From positions 1 through 64,000 of IMG/VR virus record IMGVR_UViG_3300035661_000043: a DNA stretch of 64,000 nucleotides, one strand, 5' to 3'. This DNA comes from a virus. Below the pieces are notes generated by a model. It did no database searches. It was not told the DNA's origin and was given only the letters and a program-made list of their open reading frames with translations. This document shows, in pieces, positions 25,154 to 37,667 of this stretch (within the stretch, counting starts at the first letter, position 1; every line of letters starts with the position of its first letter). A program made the translations under genes and the position numbers.

Positions 25154-26056
25154 ATGACCGGTAATGATTTAGCTGATATGTTATCCAAGTCTGGATACAA
25201 AATAAAGTCGAAAACAAGTACATCTGTTGTTGTATTAGTATCTGGAAATCGCCTTAATGCTATGAAAGAGTTAGCTGTAAAATTACACAATCTAGGTGCT
25301 GTAATGGATCCGAATGCAAAGGGTTAGTAGATCGGTGCCATTATGATTGATAAAATTAAGGTATTAGTAAAATCAGATGGGAAGACTGGTGGGCTAGATG
25401 TAGAATAGGCGGCTATTGAATCTTTAACTAATGCTATAAATGGGGCATTATGTCAGGCTGGAGAGCCAATTACTATTAAAATGCCACATCGAACAGTATC
25501 TGGGATCGTTGGTGTAGAAAAAACTGCTGGCACACCTAAGTAGGATTTTCACTTAGTAGATGAAAATGATAGACCTGTAGTTTTCATCTCTCATAAAAAA
25601 GGTTCTAAACCAAATGATTTTCAACAATGGGGTGGCATGACAGAAAAAGAAATTGCTGCTCATAAAGAAGTAATCCAATTCGCTTTGGAATGTAGAGCTA
25701 GCCCGCATGTTGGATAGAAGATACCTTAGGGTATGTCTGTGTATAAGAAAATAAAAAGTAATGATCTAAAGATGATGTAGGTATTTGGTGTCAATTCTCT
25801 AAGATAGAATGGTAATGATATCAATTCCGTAGATGTACTAATCCAAGGAGACCCGGGTGTCAAATTTATATCTGGAGTTACATTTGAATTAACGGGTACA
25901 GGTCACATACATTATTACGGCGATATCCCTAGTGGCGGATTTGAACCAGTTTTAGCATGCATATATAAAGGTGACAGAGATCAATTCGGTATTAAAGGTG
26001 CAAGATTTTCTATCTATCCATTCGCAGGAAGAAATTTTAAGGTCCAATTGAAATGA
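25154..26056 (+). CDS. PD-(D/E)XK restriction-fold-like protein (about 8 TAG; absent from the ORF track)
   Basis: 301 codons ATG to TGA; GTPK*DF..VFISHKKG..FQQWGG motif. Confidence 0.7.
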
Positions 26057-26556
26057 TATCATTTAGACAATATCTTATAGAGGCAATGGATACTCGTGTT
26101 GGAAATTATGTTTAGGTCGGAACAACATTCCCAGACATAATAGATCAGATGGATGTTTCAACTGGAAATAGATCAAAAGATCCTCATATCACATTAGTCT
26201 ACTCTAAAGAATCTTCTGTTGATAAAAACAAACTGTTAAAGTCAATCCAGCAATCATTTAAAGATTATGGAGTAGCAGAAATAATTGGAGCAGCTGCTTT
26301 TAGAGAAGATGATAAAGCATGTATAGTACTCAAACTTAAATCTCCACAATTATCTAGAATTAATACCGCTCTGTGTTCATTTGAAGATATAAAACATTCA
26401 TATCCAGAGTTCAATCCACACCTAACTCTATTCTATGATGTAAATCAAGAAGAAGCAGATTACTGGGTAGATTGGTTAAACCAGAGAGTTAAAGGGAAAA
26501 TGTTAGAATTCAAAGGATTTGAATAGACAACAATTATAGAAGATTGGAACAAATAA
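26053..26556 (+). CDS. 2H phosphoesterase, Acb1/gp57B-like
   Basis: Two HxT motifs (HITLVYS and PHLTLFY); next to gp3. Confidence 0.7.
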
Positions 26557-26634
26557 TGACTACTTCATGAATGCAAACATCACCCGCATAATGCTCACCA
26601 AAACCCCAATAATTATAGAAGATTGGAACAAATA

Positions 26635-27186
26635 ATGACTACTTTAACTTGCCCAAGCCCAGGTAATGTGAATCCTCTTAGACTCCAGAGTTATCAGTTC
26701 ACGATTCAGAAATTACCAGAACTGACGTATTTTGTCTCTACTACTGAAGTACCATAGATGACGCTCGGTGTTTCTACACAGTCATCTTCTGTACATGATA
26801 TTAAGATACCAGGTGAAACGATGGATTATTCGGATCTGACTATCGATTTTCAGATTGATGAGGAGATGAAGAACTGGAATGCAATTTATTTCTGGATGGT
26901 GGGTCTTGGTTACCCAGAAGGTCATGAGTTGTATCGGCGTTATATGAATGCCAAGGTAAATCAAAATTCTACAAATGAACTGATGAAGGGCTATTCAGAT
27001 GCATCGCTGATTGTTTTGGATTCTTAGAATAACCCGAAACAGGTTTTTACTTTTGTGGACTTGTTCCCCGTGAGTCTGTCGGGTATGAGATTTGATTCTA
27101 GTAACACAGACAACCCCATAGCAATGGCGTAGGCGACTTTTGCTTATTCTTATTACTACATAAATAAGGATGTGCAAACCACTTGA
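26635..27186 (+). CDS. gp3: Tail completion protein gp3
   Basis: FTIQKLP..IPGE, FQIDEEMKNW, SDASL and LFPVSLSG motifs; 3 TAG. Confidence 0.85.
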
Positions 27187-27196
27187 GACATAAATT

Positions 27197-27631
27197 ATGA
27201 CATTAGATGATTTGCGGGCTGCTTGGCAGTCTGACTGTGAGATTGACCAAAATGATTTAGGGACTGCTTCTGCGAAGAGTCCCAATCTCCATGCCAAATA
27301 CTTGGATGAATTAATTCAGTACAAACTTCGCATGACTAAACTCCAAAATGAGATCATAGAATACAGAGTCAAAAGGACTAAGTATTTTCGTGGTGAAATG
27401 ACGCGAGAAGAACTAAAAGATGCTGGCTGGGATCAATGGCAATATAAGACATTGAAGTCCGAAGTAGATGCACTAATTGATGCAGATCCGGATTATCAGA
27501 AACTCTCCACTAGAGAACAATACATCAAAACATGTGTGTATTTCCTTGAAAGTGTTTTACAAGAAATTAGATCTAGATCTTTTACAATTAAGAATATTGT
27601 AACTTGGCAACAATGGAGAAGTGGGAATTAA
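27197..27631 (+). CDS. uvsY: Recombination mediator UvsY
   Basis: D.EID..L, PNLHAKYL, IDADP and RSFTIKNI motifs. Confidence 0.9.
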   Translation: MTLDDLRAAWQSDCEIDQNDLGTASAKSPNLHAKYLDELIQYKLRMTKLQNEIIEYRVKRTKYFRGEMTREELKDAGWDQWQYKTLKSEVDALIDADPDYQKLSTREQYIKTCVYFLESVLQEIRSRSFTIKNIVTWQQWRSGN

Positions 27632-27690
27632 TATAGTATATCTATTATTTCAAAGTCCATAAGAAATACAGATCCGATGAAAGATGTATA

Positions 27691-29238
27691 ATGAATGTAG
27701 ATGTTGAATTTATCCCAAAGGATGAATAGAATATTCTTATTAGATGTTCTGATTTTGGTATATACCAAGAAATGTCTGAGTATTTCTCGTTCTTCGTTGA
27801 AGGCTACAAGTTTATGCCATCATATCGTAATGGTACATTCGATGGGAAAATTCGGATCTTCGATGCTCGATATAAGAAGTTACCAAAAGGACTCTTAAAG
27901 ATTGCAATAAAATTCTGTAAGGACAGAGATTATACATTCAGCATTGATCCAGAATTAAATCCAAAGACTAACTTTAATGAAAAAGAAATTATAGATTGGA
28001 TAGATTCAATTGATGTTACTACAAAAGGGAAACCAATTGCAGTAAGAGATTACCAGACACAAGCTATTCTTCAATCTTTGAGATATTATCGTAATCTGCT
28101 AATCAGTCCTACTAGTTCCGGAAAGTCATTAATTCTGTATTACAAACTGAGATATCACATTGATATACTACATCAGAATGTAGTTGTAATTGTTCCAACA
28201 ACTCAGTTAGTTGAGCAACTATATTCTGATTTCAAGGATTATAGTGAAACAAATGGGTGGGATGTTGACGAATATACTCAAATGCTTTACTCCGGGAAAG
28301 AGAAGTTATTTACTAAGCAATTAATGATTTCTACTTGGCAATCACTTGCTGCTATGTAGAAATTTCATCAAGATAAATTCAAGCATATCTGTGACACAAC
28401 TGATGTTCTGTGTATGGATGAAGCACATACATATAAATCAGATGTAACTTTAGCAACTGCTAATAAGTTTTATAGAGCAAAATGGAGAACTGGTACAACT
28501 GGCACACTAGATGACTCGAAAATCAATAAGTTACAGTTAATTGGTCTAATGTCAGAACCATATCAGGTAATTACCACTCGTGAATTGATGGATCAAAAAT
28601 CAGTTGTAAATCTTGATATCAAAGTATGCAAAATCCATTACCCCGATGTGCTGAAACAGCAATTGATTGGTATGGATTATAAAGCAGAGATTAATTATCT
28701 AGTAACATACGAGCCTAGGAATCGATTCATTGCAGATCTTGCCAAGAATACTAAAGGTGTTACTTTAGTTCTGTATACATATATTGAGAAACACGGTGCA
28801 GTATTAGACAAATTCATCCGTGAAATCTGTCCAGGAAGAACAGTGAGATTTATTCACGGTGGTGTAGATATTGAAAATAGAGAAGAAGTAAGAAAAGTGG
28901 CAGAGACTGATGAAAATTGTATTATCATTGCTTCTTCTGCAATTTTCAGTACAGGTACTAATATCCCATCAATTGAGAATGTGATTTTTGCAATGCCCAC
29001 GAAATCAACAATACGTGTGCGGCAATCGATTGGTAGAGGTTTAAGACTAAGAGAAGGAAAGAATAAATGCACATTGTTTGATGTGGCAGATGATCTCAGT
29101 TTCAAGTCGTACACCAACACAACGTTACGTCACATGTTTCATAGAATTGAAATTTATGACAAGGAGCAATTTGACTACACAGTCCATAAGATTGATGTCA
29201 GTAAATTCATGTCTGACTCATCAATGTACACAGACTAA
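27691..29238 (+). CDS. uvsW: UvsW helicase
   Basis: RDYQ, SPTSSGKS, DEAH and QSIGRGLR motifs; 2 TAG. Confidence 0.95.
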
Positions 29239-29240
29239 AG

Positions 29241-29349
29241 ATAGTTACATTACAACCGAGCGGTGGGGGCAACTAAGATTATCCTTTTAATATGATTGTA
29301 TATTGCCTAGAACTCTTGTAAACCCCTCTTAGCAAAATATTTTTCACAC
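29241..29349 (+). repeat. About 110-bp intergenic repeat, copy 2
   Basis: Matches 541-650. Confidence 0.95.
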
Positions 29350-29431
29350 ATGCTAAGAGGGGTTTCTTCATTTTCTTCTGTGTTATAATAGTAAGTGAAT
29401 GACACAACACATCCTAATTCAGGAGCATACT

Positions 29432-30028
29432 ATGGCGAAATACTACGACGCAACCCCCATCAAAATCAAACCACCCGTGGATCCAAAGAATCCAGAGCAC
29501 TACGTCAACAACCAAGACTTCAAAACTGCTCTGTTAGACTATGCGGAGCAAAGAGATGCCGCTCTTGCTGCAGGCGAAGAAAAACCCCAAGTGTAGAATT
29601 ACATCGCTTCATGTTTCCTGAAGATTGCTAAGGGTCTAGGCTCGAAGCACAACTTCCGGAATTACAGTTATTTGGATGATATGATTAGTGATGCAGTTTT
29701 TACATGTCTTAAGAATATCGACTGTTTTGATGCATCTAGAGGAACTAGTGCATTTGCATATTTCACACAATGTGTCTGGTTTTCCTTTCTTGGCTCTATC
29801 AAAGATGAAAAGAAGAAAGAACAGACTAAACGTGATTTGTTCTTCAGAGGGGATTTTGATACCTTTGATATGGGATCAGAAGATGAAGAATTTCAAATGT
29901 AGTATACTGAATACATGAAATCTCTCGGGACAGATTCAACTCCTTATGAATCAAAAGAACAAAATAAAAGAAAGAAATTTGAAGCAAAGAAATCAGGTCT
30001 TGACACACTGTTCGGGGATGAAGAATGA
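29432..30028 (+). CDS. gp55: Late-transcription sigma factor gp55
   Basis: HYVNN, NFRNYSY, MISDA and FAYFTQ motifs; TAG at 29594 and 29900. Confidence 0.92.
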
Positions 30029-31074
30029 AAGTGTGCATACTCGGTGATCTTCATCTAGGTGCACGAAATGGGAGTAATCATTTCTAGGATTACTTTAATA
30101 GATTCTTTTCTGAAGTTCTTTACCCATACTGCAAGAAAAATAAGATCAAACATATTCTCCAACTTGGAGATTGTATGGATAACAGAACCAATTTAGCATA
30201 CAAAGCATTTTCAAAATGCCGAGATGTTTGGTTTAATGATATGGGAAATCATGGAATATCAATGCATGTTCTTCTTGGCAATCATGATATTGCATATCGG
30301 CATACTTTGGAGATTAATAGCCCAGAGTTATTGCTTGGTGAATACAAACATATCACTGTTGTGAATAAGCCTACTCAAATCGAATTGGGAGGCACAAAAA
30401 TTGATATTGTACCTTGGATCTGTGATGAAAATGAAGAACAAATTAAGGAATTTGTAAAGAGAAAAGATAGAGGATCTATTCTTCTTGGGCATCTTGAATT
30501 AGCTGGATTTGCAATGTACAAGGGTATTGAATCTCATGGTGGGATGTCTGGGTCTATATTTGATGGGTATAATTTGGTTTTCTCTGGTCATTACCACACG
30601 AGAAGTGAAAAGGGTAATATCGTTTACACTGGTATCCCATATGAAATTACTTGGGCTGACTATGCAGACCCAAAAGGATTTTTTGTCTATGATACTGACA
30701 AGAACACCTATGAGTTTGTGAGAAATCCGCTGACTATGTTCGAGAAGATTCACTATAATAATGGTAGTAAAGTTGATATATCAAAACTTGCTGGTAAAAT
30801 TGTGAAGATCATTGTTGGTGAGAAGAAAGATGCAGTTCTTTATGAGAGATGGCTTGATTCTATTAGATTGGTGTCACCTTACGAATTAACTACTATTGAG
30901 AATGATATTGTTTCTTTGGATGGAGAATTAGATGATTCTATTCAGATCGAAGATACCCCTACCTTAGTAAAGTCATATATCGACAAGATAGACACATCAG
31001 TTTCCAAAGAAGACTTGAATAAGTATATGCAAGCACTTTATTTTGAAGCACTGACTACAAACGACACACTGTAA
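30025..31074 (+). CDS. gp47: Recombination nuclease gp47 (Mre11-like)
   Basis: GDLHLG, LGD, GNHD and SGHYH motifs. Confidence 0.95.
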
Positions 31075-31079
31075 ACTAT

Positions 31080-32786
31080 ATGATTATCTTCGAAAGTATA
31101 AGAATCAAGAACTTCCTCAGTTACGGCAATGCATGGACTGAATTAAATCTCAGACAGGGAAAAGTACTAGTTGCAGGTGCCAATGGGGCAGGAAAATCTA
31201 CTATGGTAACTGATGCTCTGTAGTATGCACTATTCGGTAAGCCATTTCGTAAGATCAATATCCCACAATTGATCAACTCTATCAACCAGAAGGATTGCCA
31301 GGTAGAACTAGATTTCTAGATTGGCAAGGATTCTTACCAAATTAAGAGAGGGATGAAACCGGGGAAGTTCGAAGTATACAAAAATTCAGAATTGATAAAA
31401 CAGGAAGCAGCAACAAAGGATTATCAATAGTATCTTGAGCAGCAAGTGCTGAAGATAAATCATAAGACGTTTGTACAGATTCTTGTTCTTGGTTCTGCTG
31501 TTTTTACTCCTTTTATGCAATTAGCAGCCGGTCATAGAAGAAATGTGATTGAAGATCTTCTAGATATCAATGTTTTCAGCACTATGCTTAGATTGCTTAA
31601 GGAAAAGATTCAAGTCAATAAAGAAGAAACTCTAATCATCAATGGTAAACTAGAATCAGCTAAGAAGGAATAGATTGCACAGAAAAGACTCATTGAAACA
31701 TTGAGTTCTAAGAGTGATGATCAATTGGTAATTCTGTATTCTGAACTCACATAGTTACAGAACGATATAGTATCGGCAAAATAGAAGAGAAATGATGTAC
31801 ACAAATTACTTGAATCTATCCAGATTCCTGACTTTATGTCAGAAGAATTAGAAGATATAAGAGTTGAATTCAATACACTGAAAAAGTAGATTCAATCAGA
31901 TATCAAGAAGATAGATTCAGTCTCCGCTATTCATTCATGCCCAACATGTTTACAGTCTGTAACTGATGATCACAAAGTAAGAATCAAGACTGAACTAAAA
32001 TATAAGTATGATCAACAGAAACCGAAGCTAGATCAGTATTCTAAAAAAGTTGAAGAACTGACTACACAGAAAGAATTGTTTGATACAGCAAAGATCGAAC
32101 AGCAGAAAATGTTGAAAGAACTTGCTGCGATAGACCAGAAAATAATTTCCCTTGAAGAACAAGAATCTTCCACACGAGTGAAGATCGAGACACAGAAACA
32201 AAGTTCTTCTGCAGACTTGGAAAAAGAAAAAGATCGACTCAGAGATTTAGCACAATCTGCTCTTATGTTGATTGAACGCAAGAACGAATTGATCACAGAG
32301 AAATAGATTCAAGAAGTCTCTCTAGGTCTTCTGAAGGACACAGGTATTAAGGCTAGTATCATCAAAGAATACCTGCCGATTCTCAATAAGATGATCAACA
32401 AGTATCTATCTGAGTTCGACTTTTTCATTAATTTTGTATTGGATGAAAATTTCAATGAACAGCTGTTGAGCAGAGGAAGAGATTCGGCTTAGTACTTCTC
32501 TCTATCAGAGGGTGAAAAGAAGCGAGTAGATGTTGCAATTCTTCTCGCATTCAGGCATATTGCTTCTCTAAAGAATTCTGCAAAGATCAATTTGCTTGTT
32601 CTTGATGAACTTGATTCTGGGTTGGATCACGACTCTCGTTTGAAGTTGCTAGAATTGATCCAGACTATGGATTCCGATGTCTGGATGGTCTCCCACTCTA
32701 TACAGAACACTGAACTTGAACAGCAGTTCGATAAGGTGACTTTTGTAATGAAGAAGGGAGATTTTTCAGAAATGATCATCAAGTGA
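31080..32786 (+). CDS. gp46: Recombination ATPase gp46 (Rad50-like; many TAG)
   Basis: KNFLSYGN, GANGAGKST, CPTC hook, SEGEK and LDE motifs. Confidence 0.95.
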
Positions 32787-32882
32787 ATCTACATGTGCTA
32801 AAATTTTGAATTTCTCCATGAGAAATATGTTATAATGATTTTACTGGCAATAATGCCATTTTTACTATAAGGTGACTACTTT

Positions 32883-33545
32883 ATGAACTTATCAAAACAA
32901 ACACTGTCCATTCTTAAGAATTTTGCGGGTATCAACGGTAACATTGCACTGAAGAAGGGATCCGTTCTTACCACTATCTCCCCACAGCGCAATGTTGTAG
33001 CATCTGTGACTGTGACGGAGGACTTTCCAGAAGACTTCTATATCTATGATTTAAGTCAATTCCTGGGTGTTCTATCACTGTTTTCTGATCCAGATATCGA
33101 CTTCAGCTCAACCGTTGCAACGATCAAGGAAGGAAAAAATAGTATCAAGTACTATGCAGCAGACAAATCTGTTCTACTGCTCCCACCAGACAAGGCTATC
33201 AAGTTCCCCGGAGCTGATGTCGAGTTTGAATTTACTGCAGAACAGTTAACCGCTATTCAGAAGACTTCCAGTGTACTTTCTGCTCCAGATCTGAGTATCG
33301 TTGGTGATGGAAAAACCTTGACAATGAAAGTCTTAGATCTTAAGAATAATAGTACAAATAACTATGAAGTTGAGATCGGTGACACCACAGAAGAGTTTGT
33401 TGCTAACATCACAATTAGTAACCTGAAAATGATTAATCAGTCCTATAAAGTTGAGCTGTCATCAAAGAAAATTTCTAAATGGACTGCTCTGGATGGTGAT
33501 ATGACGGTGTATGTAGCTCTGGATTCTACTTCCACATTCTCGTGA
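32883..33545 (+). CDS. gp45: Sliding clamp gp45
   Basis: LSKQT..ILKNFAGIN and IYDL..FL motifs. Confidence 0.95.
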   Translation: MNLSKQTLSILKNFAGINGNIALKKGSVLTTISPQRNVVASVTVTEDFPEDFYIYDLSQFLGVLSLFSDPDIDFSSTVATIKEGKNSIKYYAADKSVLLLPPDKAIKFPGADVEFEFTAEQLTAIQKTSSVLSAPDLSIVGDGKTLTMKVLDLKNNSTNNYEVEIGDTTEEFVANITISNLKMINQSYKVELSSKKISKWTALDGDMTVYVALDSTSTFS

Positions 33546-33667
33546 TATAATGGGGCTTTGTCCCCCTTCCAAGAGTTAGATTTTACTAAATTGGTAACAT
33601 CAAAAGATATGAGTGGAATAGCACTAGACAGTAAATTGAACCATCTGAATAATCTGAAAGATATATT

Positions 33668-34609
33668 ATGAGCAGTATTGAAAATTTTGTGTGGAGTGAA
33701 AAATATCGACCTTAGACTGTGGCAGAATGCATACTCCCACAGTCAATCAAAAATGTGATTGTAAGCATGATCAAGAATGAAGATGTGACACATATTCTTA
33801 TGTCTGGATCTGCTGGTTGTGGGAAAACAACATTAGCTAGAGCCATAGTAAATGACTATGGTGGTGAATATCTGTTCATTAATGCATCTTTGGAGAATGG
33901 TATCGACACTATCCGAACTAAGGTTATGCAGTATTCCAGTACTGTTTCTTTGGAAGGAAAACAGAAATTTCTCATCATGGATGAATTTGATGGAATTTCT
34001 CGACAGAGTCAAGAGGCTCTTCGTGGTATCATTGAAGAGTTTAAGAATGTAAGATTCTTCTTTACTTGCAATTTTAAAAATCGTATTATCGATGCTATCA
34101 TCTCTCGTACAGTTGAGATCAATTTTACTATCCCAAGTGATGAAAAATCAAAACTTCAGTCTCAGTTCTTCAAACGTATAGTTGAGATTCTGAAAAAAGA
34201 AAATGTAGAGTTTGACCCAAAAGCAGTTGCAGAACTCATCCAAAAAAGTTATCCAGACAATCGTAAGATTCTGAATGAACTACAACGATATGCGTCAGGT
34301 GGTAAAATTGATGCAGGTGTTTTGATAGATCAAAGTAAATCTCACTTCAAAGATCTACTCAAAACCCTGAAAGAAAAGAACTTTACGGAGATGCGCAAGT
34401 GGGTCGCAAAAAATACCGATATTGAACCACAATCACTATTTCGGGAGATTTATGATTCTGCTAATGAGCAATTGCTACCTTCTTGTATACCTCAAGTAGT
34501 AATTCTTGCTGCAGATTATGGGTTCAAGTCTACACATTCAGTTGATCAAGAAATTCTTATTGCTGCATTTCTCACTGAATTTATGGCAGGTGCTCAATGG
34601 AAGCAGTAA
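33668..34609 (+). CDS. gp44: Clamp loader large subunit gp44
   Basis: EKYRP*T..ECILP, G.GKTT and DEFD motifs. Confidence 0.95.
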
Positions 34610-34929
34610 ACACTCTAACGGATTTGACACTGTTTGTTTTTTTACTACTGGCTGTAGTAATAGGATGGACTACAGGTTATTACAAAGGGCTCATCACCGG
34701 CTATAATTATGCTAAATCGGAAGAGATAGATAAGTACCCAGTTGCCAATGTGTATTTTTATGACACAGACAAAGAGGATGCAGACAAAGAGGATGAATAT
34801 TCATTTGTGAATATGGTGACTGGTGAGTTTATCACCTCCGGCTCATTTAATGAGTGTATTGAGAAATTAAAATCTAAAGATACATCTAAGCTTGTTGTTT
34901 TTTCTAAAGGAGAAAAAGATGAGCAGTAA
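34597..34929 (+). CDS. Hypothetical membrane protein
   Basis: N-terminal hydrophobic helix. Confidence 0.55.
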   Translation: MEAVNTLTDLTLFVFLLLAVVIGWTTGYYKGLITGYNYAKSEEIDKYPVANVYFYDTDKEDADKEDEYSFVNMVTGEFITSGSFNECIEKLKSKDTSKLVVFSKGEKDEQ

Positions 34930-35311
34930 TCCTTTTGATTGGCTGAATAATATCAATGGGTCTACTGAATCTATTTGGGATGAATCTACCTCTGAAAAAG
35001 ATTATAATTCTTTCATGATAAACCGGGGTTTATCACAATTTCGTGACACAGTTCTATTTTCTCAGATGATGAATGAGAAGTCACAGTATCTTTCAAATAA
35101 GATGCAATATGACTTTTACAGATTGGGAATCACTCATAAGAAAAAACGATTCGCCAAGTGGCATAAACCAGAAAAACTTCAAGAAATTGAAATGTTATCC
35201 AAGCACTTTGGTATCTGTATTAGAGTTATGGAAAACTATGTTTCTCTTCTGTCAGATGAAACTAAGAAAGAATTATTGGCTTCACTGGCTAGGGGTGGTA
35301 GGAATAAGTAA
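34919..35311 (+). CDS. gp62: Clamp loader small subunit gp62
   Basis: YNSFMINRGLS..MN..QYDF..KKRFAKW. Confidence 0.9.
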   Translation: MSSNPFDWLNNINGSTESIWDESTSEKDYNSFMINRGLSQFRDTVLFSQMMNEKSQYLSNKMQYDFYRLGITHKKKRFAKWHKPEKLQEIEMLSKHFGICIRVMENYVSLLSDETKKELLASLARGGRNK

Positions 35312-35603
35312 AAGATTTACACTTATCCTATTGCGCATATCCGCTTTGGGATTTGAAAATCTGATTCATATTTGGCGGCTTCTGATTTCCACATTAAATT
35401 CTGTGTACTAAATAATACGGAAAGATTCTAATCCAGTATGCTTGATTAATTCTTTTACATACTTAGATGATGTTTTATATCATCTTGTGTTAACAATTTT
35501 GAATGATGACAGCCTGATTTTGTTTCAGATCCGCGATATAAAAGACCAGAAGATGTGTGTTCTATGATATAAAAGTATGGTTTCGATTTTTTACGCTGGA
35601 CAT
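35312..35603 (-). pseudogene. Frameshifted GIY-YIG homing endonuclease remnant
   Basis: Fragments KPYFYIIEHTSSGLLYRGS and SSKYVKELI lie in different frames. Confidence 0.65.
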
Positions 35604-35770
35604 AACATTTCCTTAAAGATTTGTAGCATAAATATGTTTAGAGGTACTGGGAACAGGAATTCCGCAAGTATAACCTATTCATAGTTTTCGACAAATAGAA
35701 AACAATGTTTCATTGATGAGTGAAACTGATTATGCAACTTTAATAGGATCCCTGGATAGGGGTGAGCAAC

Positions 35771-36211
35771 ATGGAACTAAAAAATGATTACACTGTCTGG
35801 GACTTCAAATGGTAGCCAGATATTATGCTAGAGATCAGTTTAATCGACCCTGATTCTTTTCTCAAAATCAAAGAAACATTGACTCGTATTGGTATTTCTT
35901 CGAAGAAAGATCAAACTTTGTATCAGACGTGCCATATCTTACATAAGAAGGGCAAGTATTATATTGTTAGTTTCTTGGAGCTATTTGCACTTGATGGGAA
36001 GGATACAACTCTGGGTTACGAAGATGTAGCTCGTAGAAATACTATCGCTTCTTTGATTGAACAGTGGGGAATGTGTTCTGTCATAAAGACATCCATGTAT
36101 GAGAATGCAAGAGTTCCTGTTTCTTCTATTAAAATTATTTCTCACAGTGAAAAGAAAAATTGGAATTTGATACCAAAGTATAATCTTGGTAAATTTAAGA
36201 CCAAATCATAA
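35771..36211 (+). CDS. regA: Translational repressor RegA
   Basis: FLKIKETLTRIGI and LYQTCHILHKKGKYYIV; N-terminal W*PDIMLE. Confidence 0.93.
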
Positions 36212-36302
36212 AGAATTCAAAAGAATTTGAGGGTAGTTCCCTCAAATAGGAAGATGCCTATTGGGTCTTCCTCTAACCTTGTCTAATTGAAAGGAAAATA
36301 AA

Positions 36303-36764
36303 ATGGACTTATTTGATCAACTAACTCGTGGCTACATTGGTGCTGACAGATTTTTTAATCTGCAAGCTCAACTAGCTGCAAATGCCAAGAAATTTGGAAC
36401 GTTCCCGTTCTATAATATTAAAAAGACCGAAGAAAATAAGTATACAGTAGAATTGGCTCTTGCAGGTTATAGTATTTCTGATCTAGAGATTACTCTAGAA
36501 AAGAATGTTCTGACTATCTCCAGTAGCGGAAAGGATGAAAATTCTACAAACTATATTTTCAAAGGTTTTGCTTCCAGAAAATTCACTCGTCAATTCACAC
36601 TGATGGACAATATTAAGGTGGCAGGAGCGGATTTGGTAAACGGTATTCTCTCTATCTGGTTAGAGGAATATGTGAAAGAAGAAGATAAACCAAAGAAAAT
36701 TAATATCGGCCCTCCTTCTGAAGAACTACATCCACAATTGTTAAACGAATCCTCAAACTTCTGA
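36303..36764 (+). CDS. Small heat-shock protein (Hsp20)
   Basis: PFYNI..ELALAG..RKFTRQFTL..NGILSI. Confidence 0.9.
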   Translation: MDLFDQLTRGYIGADRFFNLQAQLAANAKKFGTFPFYNIKKTEENKYTVELALAGYSISDLEITLEKNVLTISSSGKDENSTNYIFKGFASRKFTRQFTLMDNIKVAGADLVNGILSIWLEEYVKEEDKPKKINIGPPSEELHPQLLNESSNF

Positions 36765-36814
36765 TGCTTTGAACTAAATAGGTCCATGGTTAACTCTATG
36801 GACCTTTAAAGTTT

Positions 36815-37024
36815 ATGCCAGCAAAAATTGAGCGAATAGCAGTATTTGGATCTAAGAAGATTGATGACTGGATATTCCGAGTTTAGATCTAGAACTCGGA
36901 GAATATTATGATTATGTGCTATGATAGTAATGATCCTGTGAATTTCATAATACGTTTCTTCTTAGATGAAGAACAAGCTAATGCTTTTGTTCATGAAGCT
37001 GCTATGGGGAAACACTAGCCGTAA
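36815..37024 (+). CDS. Hypothetical protein (3 TAG)
   Basis: 70 codons ATG to TAA when TAG is read. Confidence 0.5.
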
Positions 37025-37082
37025 CATTCACTATAAGATTATGATATAATGAACTTTGTTATTATGAAAGAGGTGATCAAAA

Positions 37083-37667
37083 ATGTATTTGTATGACTTA
37101 GAGACACTTGGTGTAAATGAAACAGCTGTAGTACTTTCTATAGGTTGCATTTATATCAGTTCACCAGAACCGTGTTCATATCATGATTTGATGAAGAATT
37201 CTTTCTTCGTGAAATTGGATGCTAAACATCAAATCCAAAAACTGGGTCGACAAGTTACTTCCTCTACCGTAGATTGGTGGGCAAAACAAAGCACCGCTGC
37301 TAAGCATACATCATATATCCCAAGTAAGAATGATGTGACACCTGACGTGGCGCTTCAGCAACTACGGAAGTTTGTCTATGACAACACCGGGCAATCTCGA
37401 GTCAAGTGCTATACTCGTGGATCCATGGATGTTATTGTTTCAGAGCATTTGGCTAAGCAAGTCGACATGAAACTTCCTTGGGTGTATAATAACTTCAGAG
37501 ATATTCGTACTGCTATCGATATTCTATACACACTCAGTAAAGATGGGTATGTGGCAGTAGACCAGACAAAATGCTTTGGTTACACAGATGACATGACTAT
37601 TGCGCACAACCCAGTGCACGACTGTGCTCGCGATGCTGCAATGCTACTTTTTGGAAAGACTGAATGA
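37083..37667 (+). CDS. DEDDh 3'-5' exonuclease (DexA-like)
   Basis: DLETLG, RDIRT and HNPVHDCARD motifs. Confidence 0.85.
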   Translation: MYLYDLETLGVNETAVVLSIGCIYISSPEPCSYHDLMKNSFFVKLDAKHQIQKLGRQVTSSTVDWWAKQSTAAKHTSYIPSKNDVTPDVALQQLRKFVYDNTGQSRVKCYTRGSMDVIVSEHLAKQVDMKLPWVYNNFRDIRTAIDILYTLSKDGYVAVDQTKCFGYTDDMTIAHNPVHDCARDAAMLLFGKTE

